Source: an uncultured Gemmatimonadales bacterium
Lineage (GTDB): Bacteria; Gemmatimonadota; Gemmatimonadetes; Gemmatimonadales; GWC2-71-9
NCBI GenBank assembly: GCA_963798915.1
Contig: CAWCVB010000002.1
Coordinates: 448,001 to 512,000, forward strand
Length of the DNA: 64,000 bases
Direction: 5' to 3'
Below are positions 21,409-31,391 of this stretch, in pieces. Below the pieces are notes generated by a model. The model worked only from the letters and a program-made list of their open reading frames with translations, made no database searches and was not told the DNA's origin. The first letter of the stretch is position 1; each line of letters starts with the position of its first letter. The position numbers and the translations under genes are program-made.

Positions 21409-21705
21409 ATGATCCAGCGCATCAGGCGTCTCGATGTTGGCCAGACCGCCAAGGTCCTCGGCGTGCTCTACCTCCTGCTTGGGATCGTCTTTGCGGTGAT
21501 TTTCGGCCTGTTTGGCATGATGGTCCCGGCCAGCATGCGCACCGAGCCGGGCATGGCGATGTTCGGGGCAAGCTTCGTGATCTTCATGCCCATCATGTAC
21601 GGCGTCCTCGGTGTGGTCTTCGGGGCCCTGGTGGCAGCGCTGTACAATCTGGTAGCCGGCTGGACCGGCGGTCTGCAGCTGGAGTTCGAGCCGGCAGGCG
21701 AGTAA
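21409..21705 (+). CDS. DUF3566-like two-TM protein
   Basis: IRRLDVGQTAKV...LYNLVAGWTGGLQLE. Confidence 0.75.
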   Translation: MIQRIRRLDVGQTAKVLGVLYLLLGIVFAVIFGLFGMMVPASMRTEPGMAMFGASFVIFMPIMYGVLGVVFGALVAALYNLVAGWTGGLQLEFEPAGE

Positions 21706-21764
21706 GGCTACCGGGGTGGCGGAATAGACAGACCGGAGCAACCTGACCGTGGAAGGCGCATTCG

Positions 21765-22190
21765 ATGACTCTGCCAGGACTGGCGCCATTTTGCCGGGCT
21801 CGGCACCTGTTGCTCGGCGTTGTGCTGGCCCTCCCGCTGTCGGGGTGTGGCGTCTCGGAGACGTGCACGCTCATCGGCTGCCGCTCCGGCCTGATCGTGC
21901 GTGTGAGCGCCCTCCCCGGAGACAGTGCCGCGATCACGCTCATTGAGGTGGGTGCCAATTCGATCACCCTGACCTGCAACTCGCCCGATCAGTGTCAGGA
22001 GGTCGGAGTGCTATTTGCCGACAGGACCCCGGTCACCGCTACCGTCCTCGTAAGCTCCGGAGACGTCTCAAGGTCGTTCGACGTCGTACCTCAGTATGCA
22101 TTGCAGCGGCCCAACGGCCCTGGCTGCGAGCCGGAGTGCCGAACCGCAGTGGTAAATCTGGACATGACGCACGCGAGTTCGTGGCAGTAG
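21765..22190 (+). CDS. Hypothetical Cys-rich lipoprotein
   Basis: LSGC lipobox; CTLIGC; PNGPGCEPEC. Confidence 0.7.
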   Translation: MTLPGLAPFCRARHLLLGVVLALPLSGCGVSETCTLIGCRSGLIVRVSALPGDSAAITLIEVGANSITLTCNSPDQCQEVGVLFADRTPVTATVLVSSGDVSRSFDVVPQYALQRPNGPGCEPECRTAVVNLDMTHASSWQ

Positions 22191-22298
22191 TAGTACTAAC
22201 TACTACGCGACATTTCTTGACATCCGTCGCCCGCCCGATACGTTGCTGGCGTTCCAGTGCCCGGCCCACCACGGCCGGAACCATGTCCAGGAGGCTGG

Positions 22299-22703
22299 GT
22301 GGGTACCGAACTTGGCGGTTCGCAGATCTCGTCGCTGATGGAGACTCTGCCCGGCATTGCCCAGGTGCTCCGGAATCCGGTGGCAGACGCCATTGTGCAT
22401 CTGTCCCGCGCCGCGGCCCGGATGGACGAATTCCGGGTGGCGGACGCCGAAGAGCTGCTGCAGTACGCCGTCCGGCGCAGTCTGCTGGGCGAGAGCGAGG
22501 CCGAGCAGGTGATCGAGGAAGTTCGCGCGGCCAACCAGAAGCGGCTGGACCGGAACGCCGCGCACAAGGCACAGGCCAAGTCGGCGTCGTCCAAGCCCAG
22601 GAAGAAGCCGGTCCCGGTCAAGAAGCCGGCCAACGTGGTCAAGAAGCGGGTGACGGCGCATCACCCGGTGAAGAAGAAAACGGCGGCGAGGGCCAAGCGG
22701 TGA
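22299..22703 (+). CDS. Hypothetical protein with Lys/Ala-rich histone-like tail
   Basis: GGAGG before GTG 22299; tail KKPVPVKKPANVVKKR... Confidence 0.7.
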   Translation: MGTELGGSQISSLMETLPGIAQVLRNPVADAIVHLSRAAARMDEFRVADAEELLQYAVRRSLLGESEAEQVIEEVRAANQKRLDRNAAHKAQAKSASSKPRKKPVPVKKPANVVKKRVTAHHPVKKKTAARAKR

Positions 22704-22719
22704 CGTGACCCGCAGGGGG

Positions 22720-24408
22720 TCAGGTCTGAAAATCCCTGATCGCCTCGCTCAGCCGCTGCGCGCCCTGCAGCAGCTCGCTTGCCGCCGAAGCCATCTCTTC
22801 CGTACTGGCGCTCTGTTCCTCCGCCGCCGCGGTGACCTCTTCACTCGCGGCGGCGTGGTCATTGGCGCTTTGGGCCACCTGTGCGGTCCGGGTGCCCAGC
22901 TCGTCGGCGATCTCCCGGTTCTGCTGGGTTTCGTGTGACACGGCCCGTGCCGCCTCGTGCACCTCTTCCACCGCCCTCGCGATTTCATCGAGGGCATTGG
23001 CCGCTGCGTGGGCCACGCCTTCCACGCCGGCCACCTTGGCCGATCCCACTTCCATGGTTCCGGACACCGTGCGAATTTGTCGGCGAATGAACTCGACCGT
23101 CTTGGTCACGTTCTCCGCCGCATTCGCGCTGGAGTCGGCCAGTCGGCGCACTTCTTCGGCCACCACGGCAAAGCCGCGGCCATGCTCGCCGGCTCGCGCC
23201 GCCTCGATAGCCGCGTTCAGGGCGAGCAGGTTGGTCTGGGACGAGATCTGCTTGATGAGGTCGATGAACTCGGTGATCGCCTCGCTCTCGCGCGCGAGCT
23301 CCTGGACCTGCCCCGCGGAGGTCCGGACCACTTCGCGTACATCGAGCAGGGTGCGTCCGGCATTCTCCACGTCGCCGCGATGATCGGCCGCCAGGCTGCG
23401 GATACGATCGCCCAGCTGGACCACGCGGTTGGCCGCCTGGGCATTGGCGGCTGACGCTTCGCGCAGGGCCTCGAGCAGTGCCCCCGCCTGATCCATGCCC
23501 GTCCGTTGCTGTTCGGCGCTGGTGGCGACCCGGACCATGGCGGTGGAAATCTCGCCGCTCGATGCGGCCAGCTCCTCGCTCATGGCGCTGAAGTCGGTGG
23601 CGCTGGAAGATATGGCGTTGGCCTCGCGGGTGACCGAGCCCACCACCTCGCGCAATCGCCCGCCCATGTGGTCCATCGCACGCCCCAGCTGGTCCAGCTC
23701 GGTGGGCATTGCGCCCAGCGCCAGGGGCCGCAGGTCGCCGCCGCCGAAGCGGTCGGCAGCGCCGATCAGCCGCCGGAGCGGGTTGTCCACCGCGCGGATG
23801 GTCGCAGTCGAGGCGCCCACTCCAATCAGCAGCACCGCCACAAACAGCAGCCAGAGCGCGTTGCGCCGCCGCCCGGCCTGGTCGCGCAGGGCCTGGGCCT
23901 GGAGTCGGGCCCGCTCGCCTTGCGAGACCGAGAGCGACGTGACGTCGCTCAGCAACTCTCCGCTGGGCGCCGCAGCTTCGGCCGCAGCGGCACGCGCCTC
24001 ATCACCACGGCCAAGATCGCTCAGCGCATGAGCAGTGGCGTAGGCCACCTCCGCCTGGGCCTGGGCCGATTCAATGCGGTTGAGCGTGAGCTGGTCTTCG
24101 GTCGTGAGTCCGGCCAGGTCGCGGAACTGGCGCTGAAAATCGTAGGCGGAGTCGCCGCTTGCGACGAACTGCCGCAGGAACTCAGGCTCGGGACGGGACA
24201 GGTACTGTTCCGCGGCGCGCACTTCCGCTGTGACCGAGCCCACCAGGCCGGTGGAGAGCTGGCTGCCTCGAACTACCGCGTCGAGTTGCTGGTCGGCTGT
24301 TCGGCCCAGGGAGACAATCGCATTGACGCCGATCACGGCAATGAGCAGCACCAGCAGGACCAGCAGACCCATGGTGGCGGTGATGCGGCTGCGGAGACTC
24401 TGCAGCAT
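22720..24408 (-). CDS. Methyl-accepting chemotaxis protein
   Basis: [34 protein letters not shown]; 2 TM + HAMP. Confidence 0.96.
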   Translation of the reverse strand: MLQSLRSRITATMGLLVLLVLLIAVIGVNAIVSLGRTADQQLDAVVRGSQLSTGLVGSVTAEVRAAEQYLSRPEPEFLRQFVASGDSAYDFQRQFRDLAGLTTEDQLTLNRIESAQAQAEVAYATAHALSDLGRGDEARAAAAEAAAPSGELLSDVTSLSVSQGERARLQAQALRDQAGRRRNALWLLFVAVLLIGVGASTATIRAVDNPLRRLIGAADRFGGGDLRPLALGAMPTELDQLGRAMDHMGGRLREVVGSVTREANAISSSATDFSAMSEELAASSGEISTAMVRVATSAEQQRTGMDQAGALLEALREASAANAQAANRVVQLGDRIRSLAADHRGDVENAGRTLLDVREVVRTSAGQVQELARESEAITEFIDLIKQISSQTNLLALNAAIEAARAGEHGRGFAVVAEEVRRLADSSANAAENVTKTVEFIRRQIRTVSGTMEVGSAKVAGVEGVAHAAANALDEIARAVEEVHEAARAVSHETQQNREIADELGTRTAQVAQSANDHAAASEEVTAAAEEQSASTEEMASAASELLQGAQRLSEAIRDFQT

Positions 24409-24411
24409 GGC

Positions 24412-25593
24412 TCACTGGCCTCCTGCGAGCCGGAGCGCGCCATTGCGGACCACCGCGACGTACACCTCACGCGTGGGAACGTCACCCAGTGAATCGAAGG
24501 CGATCCGCCCGGTCACGCCATCGTAGGGATGCTGGAGGTCCACGCCCATGAGGCCCTCACGAATTCGCGTGCGGCTGGTGCCCACCTTGGCCATGACCCG
24601 GGCCAGGATGTGGAGCGCGTCGTACGATGCCGCCGCGGGCTGATTGGGCAGGGGCTCGCCGGGATACTTGGCCTTGTACGCGGCGACGAAGCGCTGGTTT
24701 GCCGCCGTCTCCAGCTGCGGCAGATAGGCGAGTGTCTCGTAGACGCCTTCAGCCAGCTGGCCCGCCTGTTCGATACCCTCCAGCCCATCGGCGCCCAGGA
24801 GCGGCAGGTCAATGCCGCGCGCATGCGCCTGCCGCAGGATCGCTTCGGCTTCGCTGCGGTTGCCGGCATCCACGATGAACTGGCTGCCGCCCAGCTTCGC
24901 CATCCGGTCGAGGTAGACGCCGACATCGGGCGCCGTGCCCAGGTAGGGCGACTCACCCATGAGTTCGCCGCCGCGACGGGTGAATTCGGCCACGAAGCGC
25001 TGGCGGACTCCGCGCCCGTAGGGGTCGTTCAGGTACAGGACGGCGCCCCGCACCAGGCCGAGCCGCTCCCGGATCCAGCGAGCCAGCGCCTGGCCATGTT
25101 CGTTGTCACTGGGACAGACCCGGAAGATCCATGGACCAGCCCGCGAGACCTCGGGCGCGGATGAGGAGGGCGAGATCGCGACGATCGGATTGGCGCCGCC
25201 GTTGTACACCGGAGCCGCGGCGAGCGTGGTGCCGGAGAAGAGGTGCCCGATCACCGCGACCGCATCGCTGGCGTAGAGCGTGTTGGCCACCACCACCGCT
25301 GAATCGGCGCTGCCGTAGTCGTTCTGTTCCAGGAGCGTGAGCGGCCGGCCGTTGACTCCGCCGGCCGCGTTGATCTCTTCGATGGCGAGTTCCGCGCCCA
25401 GCCGCATCGGGCGACCGACCGGATCGTCAAAGGCGCCTGCGAGGCCCACCGGGATGGGTGCGGCACCACCACAGGCCGCGAGTACAGGCAGCATCGTGGC
25501 CAGCACGAGATGGCGAAGCTGGAGCACCGGGTATCTCCGCAGGCGGACCGACAGGTGGGTGCCGCCGTGGATGAAATGGGGGTCAACGCCCAC
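24412..25593 (-). CDS. Branched-chain amino-acid-type solute-binding lipoprotein (LivK-like)
   Basis: GAELAIEEINAAGGVNGR; YDGVTGRIAFD; true start probably downstream of 25593. Confidence 0.9.
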   Translation of the reverse strand: MGVDPHFIHGGTHLSVRLRRYPVLQLRHLVLATMLPVLAACGGAAPIPVGLAGAFDDPVGRPMRLGAELAIEEINAAGGVNGRPLTLLEQNDYGSADSAVVVANTLYASDAVAVIGHLFSGTTLAAAPVYNGGANPIVAISPSSSAPEVSRAGPWIFRVCPSDNEHGQALARWIRERLGLVRGAVLYLNDPYGRGVRQRFVAEFTRRGGELMGESPYLGTAPDVGVYLDRMAKLGGSQFIVDAGNRSEAEAILRQAHARGIDLPLLGADGLEGIEQAGQLAEGVYETLAYLPQLETAANQRFVAAYKAKYPGEPLPNQPAAASYDALHILARVMAKVGTSRTRIREGLMGVDLQHPYDGVTGRIAFDSLGDVPTREVYVAVVRNGALRLAGGQ

Positions 25594-25614
25594 TAGGTTA
25601 GGGATGGAGGGGCC

Positions 25615-25646
25615 AAAAAAAAAGAGGCCGCCCGCTGGGCGGCCTC
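25615..25646 (-). terminator. Intrinsic terminator
   Basis: GAGGCCGCCC-AGC-GGGCGGCCTC followed by a T9 run on the minus strand. Confidence 0.85.
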
Positions 25647-25662
25647 CCGGAGGGGTTTCGGC

Positions 25663-26226
25663 TCAGGTGCCGCGCGGTAGTCCCCGGCCCCAGGCGTCCA
25701 GTACCCGGCCATCGACCAGGCTCACGGACGCCACCCGCTCATCACCGCCCACCCGCCAGGTCAGGCGCATCATCCGCCCTTGGCGGACCCACTGCATCAT
25801 CCACTGGGGACCTTGCACCTTGGCGCCCACCCGGCCGTAGGCGTGTTCGAGCGCGTCACGCCAGCCGTCCAGCTGATCGGGTGCGACGTCCGAGCTCAGG
25901 GTCAGCACGGCGGTGGCCGAGTCGATGGCGGAGAGCCACACCTTGACGTTGCTCCCGCGCACCGGGTCGGGAACGGTGCCCCGGCACTCGGAGACGCGGT
26001 GGTCACGACGTGCACGGTCGCAGTGGAGCGACGAACCTCCGAGCGCTCGCATGCGGGCGGCGACATCGGCCAGCGAGGCGCCGGCGTGGAAGCCGAAGAA
26101 CTGCAGGGCACTGGTATCTGGTGCAACGGCTTGCGCAGTGGCCGGGCGGATGTCAGCTGTCAGGACAGCGAGGGTGGCGACGCTGAGCACAAGGGCAAGT
26201 CGGGTGAGGACGGCACGAAGGTGCAT
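25663..26226 (-). CDS. Hypothetical secreted protein
   Basis: Signal-like MHLRAVLTRLALVLSVATLAV. Confidence 0.7.
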   Translation of the reverse strand: MHLRAVLTRLALVLSVATLAVLTADIRPATAQAVAPDTSALQFFGFHAGASLADVAARMRALGGSSLHCDRARRDHRVSECRGTVPDPVRGSNVKVWLSAIDSATAVLTLSSDVAPDQLDGWRDALEHAYGRVGAKVQGPQWMMQWVRQGRMMRLTWRVGGDERVASVSLVDGRVLDAWGRGLPRGT

Positions 26227-26323
26227 CGGGGCATCCGGGCAAGAGTCGATGGTTGGTACCGCAAGAACAACACCGCGCCGGGCCAGGGGCCCGGCGCGGT
26301 GGCAGCGCGCAATGGCGCGGGAA

Positions 26324-26524
26324 TCAGGCCTTTCGGACGTTCGCCGCCTGCAGTCCCTTGGGGCCTTCGACGATGTCGAATTCGACCTCGTCACCTTCGG
26401 AGAGGGAGCGGAACCCATCCATGGTGATTGCGGTGTGGTGGACGAAGACGTCCTTGCCGCCTTCCTGCGCGATGAAGCCAAAGCCCTTGGCGTCGTTGAA
26501 CCACTTTACCGTGCCCTTCGCCAT
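26324..26524 (-). CDS. csp: Cold-shock protein (CspA family)
   Basis: [18 protein letters not shown]...DVFVHH. Confidence 0.97.
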   Translation of the reverse strand: MAKGTVKWFNDAKGFGFIAQEGGKDVFVHHTAITMDGFRSLSEGDEVEFDIVEGPKGLQAANVRKA

Positions 26525-26725
26525 TGCGGAAAACCTCTGCTGTAGGGGGCACATGTGCCCCGGTCAGGCTCCTGGCCCGGGTGGCCAGGCAACAAAAAGA
26601 CCGATCGGAACGACTATCCGAACGGCCGTCTTGCATGCTGCGATCAGGTGTGACGGAGCTCCTGCAGTTTCATATTCTAAGCTGCCGCCCGATCTGGAAC
26701 TTGTCAATATCGCGTGGGGCTGGGG

Positions 26726-27262
26726 TCACCGCTGGCGCCGGAGCACCATCCGGCCATTGCGCACCTCGTGCGCCAGCAGCCAGCGCTTCCGGGGGAGTCC
26801 GCCCCCGTAGCCCACCAGTGCGCCCCGGGCGCCAACCACCCGGTGGCAGGGTATCAGGACGGCGAGCTGGTTGGCGCCCACCAGCTGCCCGACCAGGCGG
26901 GCATGCAGCCCGGTGACCCGGGCGATATCGCCGTAGGAACAGGTGTCCCCGAAGGGAATCCGGCACAGTTCCCGGTACACCGCAGCCTGGGCCACTGAGA
27001 GGCTGAACCAGCGCTCGAGGTAGGCGGGATAGCGGAAGCGCTTGAGGCTGCCGCTGAAGTAGGCGTCGAGCAGCGCCACGGTCCGGGTGCAGGGGCCCGG
27101 CGCGGCACGGATATCGGGCGCACCGCCTCGGACCCGGACCTGCCAGTGCAGCCGGCCCGCCCGTCCAGGAAACCCAACGACCAGGGGGCCCTCCGGCCCT
27201 TCGACCAGACTCAACGGCCCGATCGGCGACTCGTAGGTGGCGGTTTCAAGAGCAAGAGACAC
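26726..27262 (-). CDS. ogt: Methylated-DNA-protein-cysteine methyltransferase
   Basis: IPFGDTCSYGDIA; IPCHRVVG; GYGGGL. Confidence 0.92.
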   Translation of the reverse strand: MSLALETATYESPIGPLSLVEGPEGPLVVGFPGRAGRLHWQVRVRGGAPDIRAAPGPCTRTVALLDAYFSGSLKRFRYPAYLERWFSLSVAQAAVYRELCRIPFGDTCSYGDIARVTGLHARLVGQLVGANQLAVLIPCHRVVGARGALVGYGGGLPRKRWLLAHEVRNGRMVLRRQR

Positions 27263-27397
27263 GAATGAAGTGTACTGCAAGACGGCTGGACGGCTAGGCA
27301 GGAGGGGCAGGACGGGCAGGACGGGCAAGGTGGGTGCTCGGCCGCTCGACCGTCGACCCGTCGCCCGTCTTCCCGCCTGTCCGACTATCTTCCTCCC

Positions 27398-28012
27398 ATG
27401 CCAATCCCATCAACGCTGGTCATCCGCACGTTTGCTGACCGGTCGGAAGGGCTGGCCCACTTCGTCATGCGGGCCGGCGAAGCCCCCCGGCTGCTTGCGT
27501 TTGACGATGCCTATGGCTGCCCGATCGACAACGCGCTGTCCGCCCTCGAATGGACCGGCGCCGTCGGCATCCTCCGGGACGAGGACATGCTCCACGCCGC
27601 GCGTCTCACCAGCGAGACCGCCGCCGCCGTGATCGAGCGGAAAACGGAGAACGGTGTGCGGTGCTACGTCTATCTCGGCCCCCGCCTGGACGCGCCGCCG
27701 ATGGACGTGTTCGAGGGCGCAGTGCTCTTCGACGAGCCCGGTGTCAAGGCCGTGGAGTTCAGCCAGCGGGCCCACGCCCTGGCGCACTTCCTGCGAGCAA
27801 CCTCCGGCGCAGGTGCCCTGGTGGCCATGCTCGGCCGTCGGGCGCCCGAAGTGCGTTATCTCCGCCGCTGGCTCGGCGCAATCCTGGAACATGTCGAGCC
27901 ACCCTGCGCCATGGTTGGCGGCTGGTTCGCCGTCAGCTCGGCCGGAGTCCTGTTCACCGCCAACGGGGGCGAGCCGTCCTGGCGCTATGTCGAGGTGGGG
28001 TCAGAAACATGA
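27398..28012 (+). CDS. Conserved hypothetical protein with internal duplication
   Basis: FADRSEGLAHFVMRAG / FSQRAHALAHFLRATS. Confidence 0.75.
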   Translation: MPIPSTLVIRTFADRSEGLAHFVMRAGEAPRLLAFDDAYGCPIDNALSALEWTGAVGILRDEDMLHAARLTSETAAAVIERKTENGVRCYVYLGPRLDAPPMDVFEGAVLFDEPGVKAVEFSQRAHALAHFLRATSGAGALVAMLGRRAPEVRYLRRWLGAILEHVEPPCAMVGGWFAVSSAGVLFTANGGEPSWRYVEVGSET

Positions 28013-28587
28013 AGCTGCTGTTCTCAGCAGGTGCTGCCGTGATGCTTGTCTTCTCTGCTGCCACGACCGCCGTCGCCCAGGCGACGGTCATCCGTCCCGA
28101 CCGGCGGCTTACTCCGGCCGAAACCGAATTGCGCTCGGCCTTGTACCAGCTTCGCGACTCACTGGCGACCCTGTCCGGCGCGGCCGCGCGGATGGATCGC
28201 GATTTTGCCCGCACATCTCCACCCGCCCTGGTCTCACGGGCGCGCCAGGTCCAGCTCGGCTGCGAGGCCGCAGCGCGCAACATTCCTGACCCTGAGGCCA
28301 AGGTGCGGTCCCACCCCATGCGGACCGAACTGGAAGCGAAGCAGCAGGCCCAATTGCTCAAGGCCTACACCGAACTTGACCAGGCCCTCACGGCCTGCAG
28401 CAAGACCTTTGGTGCGATGGCGAAGCCCGGCGCCGGCGAAGAAGTCCGCGGCTACGGCAATGCCAGAATCCGGTCGCTCAACGTGGAACTCAAGCGCTAC
28501 GGCCGAGCCGCGGACGACTTCTTCAGCGCCCTGCGGATTCCCAACCGGCCGCTGGGCGCCGGGCCCAACCCTTTCAACAACGGCTGA
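28009..28587 (+). CDS. Hypothetical secreted helical protein
   Basis: Signal peptide MKLLFSAGAAVMLVFSAATTAVA; ATGA overlap. Confidence 0.75.
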   Translation: MKLLFSAGAAVMLVFSAATTAVAQATVIRPDRRLTPAETELRSALYQLRDSLATLSGAAARMDRDFARTSPPALVSRARQVQLGCEAAARNIPDPEAKVRSHPMRTELEAKQQAQLLKAYTELDQALTACSKTFGAMAKPGAGEEVRGYGNARIRSLNVELKRYGRAADDFFSALRIPNRPLGAGPNPFNNG

Positions 28588-28607
28588 AATCAGGTCCCCG
28601 GCAGCCA

Positions 28608-28640
28608 GGGAGGGCGGCGTTTGCCGCCCTCCCGTCTTTT
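28608..28640 (+). terminator. Intrinsic terminator
   Basis: GGGAGGGCGGC-GTTT-GCCGCCCTCCC-GTCTTTT. Confidence 0.8.
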
Positions 28641-28739
28641 GTGGACATGTGTTCATGTGGATACACATGTCCACAGCATGTGGAAAGACCGGCGCAGCCC
28701 ATGCCGGGACAGTGACTTGCGGGCCCGGCTTCTTCCACA
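28640..28739. promoter_or_regulatory. Cluster of DnaA-box-like 9-mers
   Basis: TGTGGACAT 28640, TGTGGATAC 28656, ATGTCCACA 28667, TGTGGAAAG 28679, TCTTCCACA 28731, compared with TGTGGATAA/TTATCCACA. Confidence 0.55.
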
Positions 28740-28809
28740 TTCAAAGTGAGCTAAACCGAATAAAATCAGGCACTTGCGCGATTCTGACGCAAGTGCAATT
28801 ATGAGTGCA

Positions 28810-29221
28810 CGCGATTCGTCACGTGTGCGGACTCCGGGTTCGTGCGGCGAGCGATGAGCGGTTCGGCTGGATGTGCGGTGGAGGCAGGCGAACTTCCCAA
28901 GGGTATCGTCTGTCGTTGAGACCGAATCACATTCAGTCGGGCTGGCGAGGCCAGTCGCGTGCCTCGTCCACCCCGATCTGGCGCCTCGGGGTGCAGTGTG
29001 AACGGCCGATCCGCGACTCGGTCGGACTCGCAGCGCCAGCAGTGATGAACCAGGTGGGATGGCCATCCGGCCTGGGAATCAACGTTGAAGCCCCATCCGT
29101 GTCCTCCCGATCGGGAAACCGGCGGCGGCACCAGGGAGAAGAACGGCGGCGCAAGCTCCGCCTTCAGCCTGTCACTGCGAGAAGCGGCCATCCAGCCACG
29201 ACTGGGTGGCCGTTTCGTTTT
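28810..29221 (+). ncRNA. Candidate structured non-coding RNA of unknown family
   Basis: No credible ORF; several hairpins including GAAA and GCAA tetraloops; ends in a terminator. Confidence 0.45.
29181..29221 (+). terminator. Intrinsic terminator
   Basis: GAAGCGGCCATCCAG-CCACGA-CTGGGTGGCCGTTTC-GTTTT. Confidence 0.75.
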
Positions 29222-29289
29222 GGGGAGATGGGAGCTGAAAGCTGAGAGCTGAAGGCTGAAAGCTGAGAAAGGCTGAGAGCTGAGAGCAT

Positions 29290-30306
29290 TTAGCCCTCAG
29301 CTCTCGGCAGCTCCTGCCCATCCCGACCCCAATCAAACCTGCCCCGGTAGGCCCGCCGGCGATCCAGCTGCCAGAGGGTCCGGGTGCTGGTCAGCGCATC
29401 CTCGACAAAATTCTCCGGATCAGCGAGCGCGTCTGCCATGCTGGCAGACTTGGCGCTGGCGTTGTCAGCGTAATGCAGGATCTCGGCTTCCAGTGTCATG
29501 GGCGGAACCGCGGCGCCGAATTCGAGCCGCCCATGGTGCGAGAGGATCATGTGCTGGATCAGCTCGGCTTCGCCATCGAGGCAGGGCGCCGGCTCGCACG
29601 AGCGCAGGGCGCGGTCGAACATGAGTGCGCCCAGTACGACGTGTCCCAGCAGCCGGCCCGCCACGGTGTAGTCGAAGACCCCATCCCAGCGATAGCACTC
29701 CAGCTTTCCGATATCGTGCAGCAGTGCGCCGGCCAGCACGAGGTCTTCGTCGCCGCCGGAAACCTTGGCGATGGTGCGGCCGATCGCCGCCACCTCGAGC
29801 ACATGCTTGAGCAACCCGCCCAGGGCGGCGTGGTGGCCCTTGGGGCTGGCCGGGCATTCCGCAAAACGACGGCGGAAGTCGTGGTCTTCGAAGAAGAGGT
29901 CGAGCGTGCGGCGCAACCGTGGGCCTCGCACCGCTGAGCGCCATTCATCCAGCTTGCGCCAGTATACCTCCGGGTTGCCCACCGACGGCATGAGGTCCGC
30001 AAGGTCAATCTGACCTGTCGGCAGCACCCGGATGGAGCTGATGCTGAGCTGGCGCTTGCCCCGGTATTCACCCACTTCGCCAATGATCTGCGTCACCAGT
30101 CCCTTGCTGATGCCGGCCACCCGCTGCTGGTCCGGACCCCAGAAGGGGGCGGAATCGATCTGACCGGTGGCATTGCCGAGGGTGAGGACAGTGCAATCCT
30201 TGTCGCCACCATACGAACGGACCTGGACATCCCATACCAGGAAGGGGTGTTGAATCCGCTCGCCGATGGCGAGGCGTTTCAGGTCGCGAATGGTCATGAT
30301 TGGCAA
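29290..30306 (-). CDS. yhaM: OB-fold + HD-domain 3'-5' exoribonuclease (YhaM/Cbf1 family)
   Basis: HHAALGGLLKH; LLHDIGK; ILSHHG; EAEILHYAD. Confidence 0.88.
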   Translation of the reverse strand: MPIMTIRDLKRLAIGERIQHPFLVWDVQVRSYGGDKDCTVLTLGNATGQIDSAPFWGPDQQRVAGISKGLVTQIIGEVGEYRGKRQLSISSIRVLPTGQIDLADLMPSVGNPEVYWRKLDEWRSAVRGPRLRRTLDLFFEDHDFRRRFAECPASPKGHHAALGGLLKHVLEVAAIGRTIAKVSGGDEDLVLAGALLHDIGKLECYRWDGVFDYTVAGRLLGHVVLGALMFDRALRSCEPAPCLDGEAELIQHMILSHHGRLEFGAAVPPMTLEAEILHYADNASAKSASMADALADPENFVEDALTSTRTLWQLDRRRAYRGRFDWGRDGQELPRAEG

Positions 30307-30367
30307 AGTTATCGCCCGGTCATGACAACCGATAGCTCGCGCCCGCCAGCCATGCTAATTTGCGGCC

Positions 30368-30775
30368 ATGACCGACGCACAACATGTGCTCCTGCTCGAC
30401 GGCGACGACATCCGGCGCCGCGCCTTGGCTGCGATGTTCCGCGCCGCAGGGCACGTGACCATTGCCGAAGGCGCCGGGGCGGCGGCCGTGGATGCGCTGG
30501 TGGCTGGGCCCGACGCGGCCACGCCCGGCTTTGACGTCCTGGTGCTGGACCTGGCCCTGCCCGGGCTGGATGTCAGCGCCCTGCGGCGCGCGGTGGCGCC
30601 GGAAGTGACCACACCGCCGGACTCGCTGGAGAGCGCCGAGCGCCGCCACCTGGTGCGGGTGCTCGAGTACACGGCCGGCAACCGCCGGCAGGCGGCACTG
30701 CTGCTCGGCATCTCCCGATCCACCCTGCTCAACAAGATCCGCCGCTACGGCATTGAGCACGCCGGCCGCCGCTGA
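30368..30775 (+). CDS. Truncated receiver-like domain fused to a Fis-type HTH
   Basis: DVLVLDLALPGLD; GNRRQAALLLGISRSTLLNKI. Confidence 0.8.
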   Translation: MTDAQHVLLLDGDDIRRRALAAMFRAAGHVTIAEGAGAAAVDALVAGPDAATPGFDVLVLDLALPGLDVSALRRAVAPEVTTPPDSLESAERRHLVRVLEYTAGNRRQAALLLGISRSTLLNKIRRYGIEHAGRR

Positions 30776-30782
30776 CCAGTGG

Positions 30783-31214
30783 TCAGTGCACGATGCGCAG
30801 CCGGCCCAGGCGCGACAGCACCATGGAGCGCCTGACGCCGTGATACTCCACCGTCCAGGTCCCGTTGGACACGCCGAGGCCAATGGCCGTGGGGGCCACA
30901 AGGATGGCGTGGCTGGGCCCGCTGAGGGCCACCTGCCGCGCTGCGGGACCGGCTTCCTGCCAGCGCACCGTGGTGTCTCCCTGCGCTACCAGCACGATGG
31001 TGATGCTGTCGGGACGGATTTGCAGTACAGCGACCTGGCTGCTGGTCAGCGCCAGCATCCGGGCCCGCATGTGGGCGCGCGCCAGCCGCTGCACTTCGTT
31101 TTCGACCGTGATGGTGGCCAGGGGCCGCTCCAGGTGCGGCACAGTGATGAGCACCATCAGGCCAAGCAGCACGATGACCAGCAGCACTTCAATGAGCGAC
31201 ATGCCCTTGCGCAT
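30783..31214 (-). CDS. Prepilin-type (FimT/GspH-like) protein
   Basis: KGMSLIEVLLVIVLLG N-methylation motif. Confidence 0.85.
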   Translation of the reverse strand: MRKGMSLIEVLLVIVLLGLMVLITVPHLERPLATITVENEVQRLARAHMRARMLALTSSQVAVLQIRPDSITIVLVAQGDTTVRWQEAGPAARQVALSGPSHAILVAPTAIGLGVSNGTWTVEYHGVRRSMVLSRLGRLRIVH

Positions 31215-31391
31215 GCGTCCAACATGGCGGCCCCGGAGGCATCATCGTCATTCTTTCCGTGCGCGCCGGCGCGCGGCCACGCGCGCCACTTGCCCGCATG
31301 CGAGTGTGGCGGCATACTAGCAAGCCCGCACTGCACCGTCCCCGTTCCCGGAGCAAGCTGCCGCGTGCTGATTGGCCGTCTCGATTCAGCG

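Noticed and set aside
28640..28800. oriC
   Set aside because: No dnaA, dnaN or gidA nearby, the boxes are degenerate and there is no clear AT-rich unwinding element; kept only as a DnaA-box-like cluster.
28799..29245. ORFs in the 28.8-29.2 kb region; RNase P, tmRNA, SRP or group II intron identity
   Set aside because: No SD or host-like codon pattern, and the hallmark motifs of those RNAs were not found by eye.
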